Below are positions 56,908 to 64,000 of a DNA stretch of 64,000 bases, piece after piece. Position 1 is the first letter of the stretch. Each line of letters opens with the position of its first letter. The notes under the pieces are model-generated. The model had not been told where the DNA came from. It did not search any database and was given only the letters and a program-made list of their open reading frames with translations. The position numbers and the translations under genes were made by a program. Origin of the DNA: a virus; IMG/VR virus record IMGVR_UViG_3300023063_000001, positions 19,572 through 83,571 of that record. One strand, written 5' to 3'.

Positions 56908-57117
56908 ATGAACAGTAAAGCATTGTTAGAAATTAAAGAGATGTTCGATAAATACAATATTTCTATTCAAATAGTTTATAACAATAAATTATCCGTAGGG
57001 AGATGTGAACCAGAGCTTTGTATGTATTTTAAAGATGAAAGTGGCTTAGGTTTAGAACTAGATCATTTTTGGGAAGACAAGATTAAAGCTTATAACTTAA
57101 TTCCATTTGCTGTCTAA
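56908..57117 (+). CDS. Hypothetical protein
   Basis: AAGGAG RBS before ATG 56908; TTGACC promoter-like element at 56850. Confidence 0.6.
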   Translation: MNSKALLEIKEMFDKYNISIQIVYNNKLSVGRCEPELCMYFKDESGLGLELDHFWEDKIKAYNLIPFAV

Positions 57118-57137
57118 ACTAACTAGAGGAGAATTAA

Positions 57138-57347
57138 ATGTCTAAACGTTATTGGGAACCAAATCTTAACCAAGGTAATCACTTCACAGAACAAGATGTG
57201 ATTATTGGAAATCTTTTGGCTTACATTGCTAAAAAAGAATACAAAGCTGATGAGTTTGGTTGGTTCTTGAAAGAATCATCCCCTTATTGCAAATTTAATC
57301 TTGACACTATGCAGCCTGAAATACTAGAATACAAGCCTACACTTTAA
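57138..57347 (+). CDS. Hypothetical protein
   Basis: GAGGAG RBS. Confidence 0.6.
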   Translation: MSKRYWEPNLNQGNHFTEQDVIIGNLLAYIAKKEYKADEFGWFLKESSPYCKFNLDTMQPEILEYKPTL

Positions 57348-57666
57348 CAACATAATAGGAGAGGATTATGACGTTTTACGAGTTTAAAGAAGAGAATTAT
57401 TCAGAGCAATATCAAGATAACATTGAAACTATCTTGGCTACGCTTGAGGATATACGTTATACACTAGGGGAGGAGCTTACTGCTGCTTTGTCATATGATA
57501 GATTGGATGCTGACTTCTAATGCACATCATCTTTCTAATATTAATGGTTTGTGCTGTTGCAGGGCGTAGACCACGAAGACGATATAGGCATGGAACAGAG
57601 ATTCCTATTTCTTTACAGTTGGTGGGACTATATTTCTTGTTGTGGTTTGCTTTGAAGGGGTAGGTT

Positions 57667-57933
57667 ATGACTAAAGAAGTTGAAGTGGTGATTGTTTCTT
57701 TTGCTGAATACACGTCTTATGATTTCATTGATCCTGGAACTTATTTCTCTGTATCTGCTATGCAAAAATATTACTTTTATAAAACAAGTGATCGTAAAGC
57801 TGCTCAAGATAAGTGTGATGAATTATTTGGTGTTGGTCATTATGTGGTTAAAACAAGCAAGACAGTCAAGACTAAGTCCCGCCAAGAATCGGGAAGCTAC
57901 ACATGTACTGGCACAGCGACTAGAAATAAATGA
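57667..57933 (+). CDS. Hypothetical protein
   Basis: Co-directional ORF with RBS-like sequence. Confidence 0.55.
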   Translation: MTKEVEVVIVSFAEYTSYDFIDPGTYFSVSAMQKYYFYKTSDRKAAQDKCDELFGVGHYVVKTSKTVKTKSRQESGSYTCTGTATRNK

Positions 57934-58036
57934 AATTAATCAACCTAAATGACCTTGAACAACGCATCAAACTGATTACCAAACCTACACCGCAGCAAGT
58001 GGTAGACTTAATCACTAAAATGTACAAGGAGATTAA

Positions 58037-58297
58037 ATGAATATTGCTAAATTTCTTTTAAGTTGTACATCAGATCAACATAATGGACACTTTCAAACAA
58101 TACTTAAAGGGCTTTCAATTAAAAAGGGTGTAAAGATTTGTAGGAAACTTGAGAGTATTACAAAGAAGGATTATGTTCTTGAAGTTTGGACTTGTGATAG
58201 CTACTGTATTTATGAAAAAGATGCATGGAAAGATGGAGAACATCCTTTGCATCATAAAGATCGGTTGATTGCCTCGGTGGATAAGAGTGAAAGATAA
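58037..58297 (+). CDS. Hypothetical protein
   Basis: AAGGAG RBS. Confidence 0.55.
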   Translation: MNIAKFLLSCTSDQHNGHFQTILKGLSIKKGVKICRKLESITKKDYVLEVWTCDSYCIYEKDAWKDGEHPLHHKDRLIASVDKSER

Positions 58298-58691
58298 GCA
58301 CATTAAAGCCTACATGAAGTGTGCAGAAGCTTTTGCTGAATGCTCTGTATCTAAAAGGTTGTCTGTAGGCTCTGTTATTGTTAAAAACAATCGGATTATT
58401 TCTTGTGGTTATAATGCCTTACCTGAGTTCATAGATGGACCACTAGAGGATGAGTTTGGTAAAACCCTACCAGAGACAAGACACGCAGAGAAATCAGCCT
58501 TAATGGGGCTTACTAAGAGCAATGAGAGCGCTGTTGGAGGTGTATTGTTCTGCACGCACGCATGTTGTAAGTTCTGCTCTATTGATATTATTGACAGCGG
58601 TATAACAAAAGTATACTATCGAAATGAATATAGGAGCACAGAGGGTTTAGAGTACCTTCGTGCAAACAACATTGAAGTAATAAAGATTTAG
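58269..58691 (+). CDS. dCMP deaminase
   Basis: VGSVIV..GYNA, HAE, THACCKFC (PCxxC variant). Confidence 0.9.
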   Translation: MPRWIRVKDKHIKAYMKCAEAFAECSVSKRLSVGSVIVKNNRIISCGYNALPEFIDGPLEDEFGKTLPETRHAEKSALMGLTKSNESAVGGVLFCTHACCKFCSIDIIDSGITKVYYRNEYRSTEGLEYLRANNIEVIKI

Positions 58692-58701
58692 GAGAACAAG
58701 A

Positions 58702-59214
58702 ATGAATGACAAAGACTATCTAGAATGGGCAAAGCAATCTTTACTAAAGAGCAGTGTGATGGAATACAAGAATACGTCTTTTGAAGAAAAAGAAGATAAG
58801 ATGCTTCTCCCTGAAGAGATTGTAGACACTAAAGAACTACAACTACACAGCTTAAAAGCCTTCATGTCTGCATTGAATTATGAATGGGCTGTGGTCAGTG
58901 TATTCTTTGACAAAGCGTGCTACTTTGAAAGCTTTACACGCAGTAATAAGGCACGACAGACAATAAGCTTTAACACGGCTGTTCAGTTGTACAATAATCA
59001 CTACTACGACAACCATGATTTCACAAAGCCAAGAGCACCATTTGATTTTGATGCTTATAGCTGGAAGAAAGCTCAGGCTGCAAAGATTGTAAAAGGTGTA
59101 AATCTACAACTCAATAAAAAGACAGGATTTATCAAAGCCTCTAGTAACATCGTAAACTTTGTAAATCCTATTTATTATCAGATGTTTATAACCTCTAAAT
59201 ATTTTCCATTCTAA
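58702..59214 (+). CDS. Hypothetical protein
   Basis: AGGAG RBS. Confidence 0.65.
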   Translation: MNDKDYLEWAKQSLLKSSVMEYKNTSFEEKEDKMLLPEEIVDTKELQLHSLKAFMSALNYEWAVVSVFFDKACYFESFTRSNKARQTISFNTAVQLYNNHYYDNHDFTKPRAPFDFDAYSWKKAQAAKIVKGVNLQLNKKTGFIKASSNIVNFVNPIYYQMFITSKYFPF

Positions 59215-59398
59215 AGGTGTTTTATGAAAATTATTTTATTAGCCGATGGAAGTTGGGAACACGAGGAAGACGTTTACAAACTAGAACAAGAATATATTAT
59301 CCTTACGATTGCAGAGAACTGGTCAGACAGAGAAATTAGTCAGATGATCAATGACTATTACAAAGAAAATCTTAATAGTATTTTTCAATAAATTTAAT

Positions 59399-59431
59399 AG
59401 CCCTGTGAGCTTGTGCTTGCAGGGCTTCTTT
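59399..59431 (+). terminator. Intrinsic terminator
   Basis: AGCCCTG..CAGGGCT then TCTTT. Confidence 0.6.
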
Positions 59432-59450
59432 GTTAGAATTAGGGCAGAAA

Positions 59451-59654
59451 ATGAAGCTAACAGCAAAACACATGAAATATTTCCATCTAGGTATGATGCT
59501 TTTATGGCTAGGGCTTACAGTGCCAACACTGGTGTTTTGGTCACAAAGCATCCTTTGGGTTTCTGTGATGAGTATCTATTCAATTATTGTAGGACACATG
59601 GCAGGGTATCAAGGTGCTCGGTCTGAACGTGTACAGGAGAAACGAGATGAATGA
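59451..59654 (+). CDS. Two-TM membrane protein
   Basis: Hydrophobic helices; ATG 59451. Confidence 0.55.
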   Translation: MKLTAKHMKYFHLGMMLLWLGLTVPTLVFWSQSILWVSVMSIYSIIVGHMAGYQGARSERVQEKRDE

Positions 59655-59852
59655 ACAAATAGAGACAGAACAACCAAATAAAGATATGGTGGGTCCATTG
59701 GACACCCCTGACTTCCGTATCAGGTATTTTCAAACACTTGTAGGTTGTACAGAATATATTAAAAACTTCAACATCAAAGGTGGTGAATGGGGATTTAATA
59801 ACGAAGAGCAATGTTTTATTCTTGTTTATCGGCCACAGTAAGGAGAATTTAT

Positions 59853-60203
59853 ATGAATCATCTTAAAGAGTTGACACAAGAAGATCGAGAAGCTATTGCA
59901 CAAGCTAGAGAAGATAAAAAAGATTGGGCTTTAAACAATCTAAAGCTAGAATATGCCGATATGCCTTATTGGGAGAACACAGCCTCAGAGCTTGGTGTAC
60001 GTCTCCCACAATGGATGCATCCGGGGACAGATGTTAAATATCTTAAACGTGTAGCTACAAAGCTTGGATATGACATCAACATCTTCATAGAAGAAACAGG
60101 GTTTTCATCCTTAAAATCCTTTGCACAAGCTAATAACACATACAATGCTCGTGCTCTATGTGGAATACTACTTGAATCATACCTTCAAAATCGTTTAGAA
60201 TAG
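59853..60203 (+). CDS. Hypothetical protein
   Basis: AAGGAG RBS before ATG 59853. Confidence 0.6.
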   Translation: MNHLKELTQEDREAIAQAREDKKDWALNNLKLEYADMPYWENTASELGVRLPQWMHPGTDVKYLKRVATKLGYDINIFIEETGFSSLKSFAQANNTYNARALCGILLESYLQNRLE

Positions 60204-60901
60204 GCTATTCATGCGGGGTTTTAGGTATGATTAGACGTGTTAGCTTAAAATCCAAGAGCATGTATGTCTTTACGAGAGATGTATAATTAATATGGGAAAT
60301 ATCCCGATGCTTAAATAATATTCACCACAATAAGCCTTATCCCTTATAAAGTTTACGGGTATTGATATTAAATATGAGGATTATAAATATAATGTGGCCA
60401 TTCAAGAAATCAGCAGAAAAGTTATACAAGGAAAAACAAGAAAAGTTAGCATTGGAATCCATCCGCAGAATGGCTGTACTCGTCTCAGATAGGGGTGGAA
60501 TCACACGGATAGGTTGTTCTGAATACGGGGCACGTAAACACCTAGAAGAAGGGACAGAGCCTCATGAGAAGGTGCTTACCTCTGAAGGAGATCTTATTAC
60601 ATGGGAAGAATGGAGGAAAAGAAATGTGTAATAATAAATGCTCTTGCACTAGACGAGACAAAGAGGAGTGTGTTGAGGAGTCTTCCAGTGGGAAGATGTG
60701 TGTGAAGGACATGCCCATTATTGAGGATATTAATTTATCAAATACTAAGCTGTTTGATAGTGGGGATTACACAGCAGACAAGTTAGAATATACCTGCATG
60801 AAATGCCTATACAAAGGCAGCCCTAAGCGTTATTGGAAAGGTGGTAACTATATGATTTGGTATCAAGGTTGTGCTGAATGTGGTAGTGGAGTATTTATAC
60901 A

Positions 60902-61471
60902 ATGAAATATTATACAGGGATTGGTTCACGAGAAACACCAAAAGATATTCTAGAGCTTATGCATGAGATTGCATTTACATTAGCTGATCAAGATTACGTC
61001 TTGCGTTCAGGCGGTGCTCAGGGTGCGGATACTGCTTTTGAGGAAGGTGCTAAAGAGTGGAGTTTAGATACAGCCACAAGCTTTAGCGACATACCTGTGA
61101 TGGGTAATATTTATATCCCTTGGAGTGGGTTTGGTAATTACACAGAGCAGTTTAAAGATTGGTATAAAGTGTTGGATCAAATGAGTACTAAGGTCTCAGC
61201 TTTCAAGCTTGCAGAGAATACACACCCAGCTTGGGATAAGTGCTCTATAGCTGCTAAGAAACTCCATGCACGTAATACTTATCAGATACTGGGGCCACTA
61301 TTAAATAACCCATCAAGCTTTCTCATCTGTTGGGCTAAGCTTGATAAGCATGGAAATATTAAGGGTGGTACGGCAACAGCATGGAATTTAGCCAAGAAGT
61401 ATAACGTCCCTTGTTTTAATTTATATAACGAAGATGAGAAACAACGATTAATTAAGTTTGTGGAGGGTTGA
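60902..61471 (+). CDS. SLOG/DprA-like Rossmann-fold protein
   Basis: YTGIGSRETP, LRSGGAQGADTAFE, HARN..ILG, GGTATA. Confidence 0.8.
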   Translation: MKYYTGIGSRETPKDILELMHEIAFTLADQDYVLRSGGAQGADTAFEEGAKEWSLDTATSFSDIPVMGNIYIPWSGFGNYTEQFKDWYKVLDQMSTKVSAFKLAENTHPAWDKCSIAAKKLHARNTYQILGPLLNNPSSFLICWAKLDKHGNIKGGTATAWNLAKKYNVPCFNLYNEDEKQRLIKFVEG

Positions 61472-61773
61472 TAAAAATGATTCCTTACAAACACAACACT
61501 TTGCTATTAAAAACACAAGGCTTACATCTTGAATACGGCTATGCAAGACAAGCTGAAATATTGAGCTTCGTTGGTATTGAAAACATACCTACCAATCCAG
61601 ATACAATGGTAGGAGAGCTACGCTGCAATCCCCTAGAGCCCTGTGCTAGATACAAAGAAGTACTTGCACTAAAATCTAAATATAGAACACAATATGGAGA
61701 CAATCAATTAGAACAAGACTACAAGAATATGCTTGAAAAGCTAAGGGGATACAATGAGTATAAAAACCTTTGA
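61468..61773 (+). CDS. Hypothetical protein
   Basis: GGAGG RBS. Confidence 0.55.
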   Translation: MIKMIPYKHNTLLLKTQGLHLEYGYARQAEILSFVGIENIPTNPDTMVGELRCNPLEPCARYKEVLALKSKYRTQYGDNQLEQDYKNMLEKLRGYNEYKNL

Positions 61774-62302
61774 CTCCAAGCATGAAGGATTGATCCTAGT
61801 AGATGATGATACAGGGGAGATTGTTTACCACAAGAAACCAAAGCATGTGAAACGTGGTAGCTTTGATAAGTATGTAGGGGTTGATGTCAGGTATGCGGAT
61901 GACTGCACAACGAAAGAAAGCCTTATTGAAACCTTGTCTGTAGTAGACGGCTACCTTAAGGACAAGGTATATCTTACATCTCACAACCTATTAGATGCTT
62001 TAAACCAAAATCTATTATCTCCTCTTGAGTTGAAACTAATTACACACATAGTCTTAAACCTGACAGCATGGAATATCTACATCGGAAGTGTAAAAGATCT
62101 ACTGGCTTGTGGTGTGTCTGAATCCAATCTAGCTAGGCTCCTAAAAGGATTGAGTCCTAATGTACTTAGGGTCACTCATAAGAATAAACCTTTAAGGGGA
62201 GATATTGTTATTCAAGTGTCCCCTATCTACGGATGGAAAGGAGATGTTAGGTATCGAGAAACAAGAACAAACAGTTGGTATGGTGTAGGGTCATCTGAAT
62301 AA
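61754..62302 (+). CDS. Winged-helix protein resembling RepL-type replication proteins
   Basis: VDDDTGEI, HTH-like VSESNLARLLKGL, VSPIYGWKG. Confidence 0.5.
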   Translation: MSIKTFDSKHEGLILVDDDTGEIVYHKKPKHVKRGSFDKYVGVDVRYADDCTTKESLIETLSVVDGYLKDKVYLTSHNLLDALNQNLLSPLELKLITHIVLNLTAWNIYIGSVKDLLACGVSESNLARLLKGLSPNVLRVTHKNKPLRGDIVIQVSPIYGWKGDVRYRETRTNSWYGVGSSE

Positions 62303-62418
62303 CGAACTCTTCATGGGTGACGAGTTGGTAGCCCTACAACCCTTATAAACCGTAGTGTGCTAAATCTCACTACTTATTATATATCCCAACTAGAAATATC
62401 TTTACGCCCCTCTGGAAA

Positions 62419-62454
62419 GACCCTTAGCTAATTCTAGTAGGGGTCTATTTCTTT
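62419..62454 (+). terminator. Intrinsic terminator
   Basis: AGACCC..GGGTCT then ATTTCTTT. Confidence 0.6.
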
Positions 62455-63004
62455 GTCTGTAAATATCCTCAAAGACTTGTAGATACAGGTCTGTAGGTCG
62501 GTGGGTTATTGGATAGTTGTATTGGGTGTTTAACGTACTACGCCCTTAGCTTTTGATTTGCTCTAGATCGCTTCAAATATGCTCACTCTATCACCACCCT
62601 CTACCTAATAGATACTACCTATACTCTATTGATCACCTTACTCTAATAGAGACTGACATAGACTCCTATGGGCGCTGTCAGTCCTTTACAGGCGTATTCC
62701 AAATGGTATTCCAAGACGCTACTTGATACACACAATCTCCTTTAATAACATACACTTAGGCTCTCTGTTCAGCTTCCCATTGAACAGTTGAATCGAGCTA
62801 TTGTATGTCTGATGTAGGCAAAGCTTGTATACTAATAGAATTAGCTAATTGATTGTAAGATGTTGATAGATAATGGTTAATTATAAGGTATCCCTGTATG
62901 TGGGATGTAAGGATACTGTGATAATGTACAGGATTGTACAGGTTGACAAAAGAGTAATTTAGATGCGCTTAACCTAGCGGTTAATCTCCTCCATACTTGT
63001 AGAC

Positions 63005-63098
63005 ATTCATTTAGTGACTAAACACTCTTTACAGTCGCATTACAGACCTTGCAGTTCAAGGCTTAGGCTAGGTTTGATAATTATTCATTTAGTGACTA
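63005..63098. repeat. 16-bp direct repeat ATTCATTTAGTGACTA (63005, 63083) containing palindrome TTTAGTGACTAAA
   Basis: Direct sequence match. Confidence 0.8.
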
Positions 63099-63132
63099 GA
63101 ATTGTCTTTTTAGTCATATTTTAGATAGCATA

Positions 63133-63154
63133 AAGCCCACTACACAGTGGGCTT
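63133..63154 (-). terminator. Hairpin terminator
   Basis: AAGCCCACT-ACAC-AGTGGGCTT after the 63181 stop. Confidence 0.6.
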
Positions 63155-63180
63155 AGAGTTTCCTGCTAGGATTAATCTAA

Positions 63181-63450
63181 TCAGAATTTCCAGTTCTCTA
63201 CACACCACGCCAGGAGAGGGTGAGAGTTTTTAACTATACCTGTCTCTTTCTTAGCCTTTACAAGAAACTCTGCCTTGCCATTAGAGTTACGTTTAACTTG
63301 CATCAGTGCAGCACGCATTGAATTATTAGCTCTATCCCAGGCATTCATATTACCATGTTCAATGATGCTTTGAGCAATGTTACCGAAGGTCTTCACAGCT
63401 TCACTGCTAAGGTTGCCTTTGTAGCCTGGAACATTATTGAGGGCTTTCAT
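63181..63450 (-). CDS. Early hypothetical protein
   Basis: AGGAG RBS; own promoter. Confidence 0.7.
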   Translation of the reverse strand: MKALNNVPGYKGNLSSEAVKTFGNIAQSIIEHGNMNAWDRANNSMRAALMQVKRNSNGKAEFLVKAKKETGIVKNSHPLLAWCVENWKF

Positions 63451-63495
63451 TTTGTTTCTCCTAGAATCTTAGAGCTTTTCTCTAAGGGATGACCC

Positions 63496-63524
63496 ATTGT
63501 AAACAGATACACGTCCTTGTGCAA
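63496..63524 (-). promoter_or_regulatory. Sigma70 promoter
   Basis: TTGCAC-17 nt-TACAAT. Confidence 0.7.
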
Positions 63525-63547
63525 TAGGTATCCTCAGAATTCTTTGA

Positions 63548-63712
63548 TTATTCGTAATCTCTGATTACATCTGCCTTTGCTTTGTGCTTTCTAGAAATAC
63601 GGATAATCTCTTTCTCAATGCTAGCCAAGGATTCATCGAACAGTTTGTACTCTTTGAAGCCTGGAACAGTGAGGACGTATTCGCTGTCTTGTTTGGAGAT
63701 GATGAATTTCAT
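63548..63712 (-). CDS. Early small hypothetical protein (54 aa, MKFIISKQD...)
   Basis: AAGGT RBS, own promoter; below track cut-off. Confidence 0.6.
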   Translation of the reverse strand: MKFIISKQDSEYVLTVPGFKEYKLFDESLASIEKEIIRISRKHKAKADVIRDYE

Positions 63713-63757
63713 GTCTTTATACCTTTTGGTAAGTAGGTTTTATGTTTCAGTCCCCAC

Positions 63758-63786
63758 ACTATAGCTCTCCTGGTGGAGTACGTCAA
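63758..63786 (-). promoter_or_regulatory. Sigma70 promoter
   Basis: TTGACG-17 nt-TATAGT. Confidence 0.75.
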
Positions 63787-64000
63787 CCACTTATTTTACA
63801 TTTATTTCAGGCAAGACAAAGGGCGCTTATGCGCCCTAGAAAGATTCTTTTAAGCAAGTCTGATAGAGGTGACTACTAAACGGCTTCCGTATGCCTGGAA
63901 CATCGTCTCAATCCACCATGCAAGGTCTTCCTGAGACTTACTATTGTACTCTTTAGAGTTGTCTGTAGAGTCAATGCAGTAGTTGATAAGGTACATTAGT

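Noticed and set aside
1-64000. CRISPR array, integrase, transposase, reverse transcriptase/DGR, rRNA, stop-codon recoding
   Set aside because: No regularly spaced repeats or diagnostic motifs were seen; genes read through intact in the standard code and no suppressor tRNA is present.

Overview
64-kb segment of a lytic, AT-rich myovirus (contractile tail, HK97-type head) with Felixounavirus/Pakpunavirus/Otagovirus-like gene organisation; a Pseudomonas-type host is inferred, not shown. 1-13.6 kb (+): replication and nucleotide metabolism (PolB C-terminus, SSB, exonuclease, ThyX, class II RNR interrupted by a 170-nt group I intron, HNH endonucleases). 13.7-38.6 kb (-): lysis (two spanin pairs), tail, baseplate, head and TerL. 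39-48.7 kb (-): a module of fibre-like carbohydrate-active proteins (two SGNH esterases and a GH5 glycanase). 48.7-52 kb (-): putative TerS, three tRNAs and several structured non-coding segments. 52-62.3 kb (+): small early/accessory genes, PhoH, ClpP-like protease, dCMP deaminase. Most notable: small stand-alone genes that are fragments of virion proteins (a portal segment about 48% identical to the phage's own portal, and a tail-sheath C-terminal fragment), which may be decoys; a multi-hairpin RNA with anti-Shine-Dalgarno loops; recurring AAGGAU-loop hairpins; and the esterase/cellulase module. All calls are by eye from sequence motifs; no searches were run.
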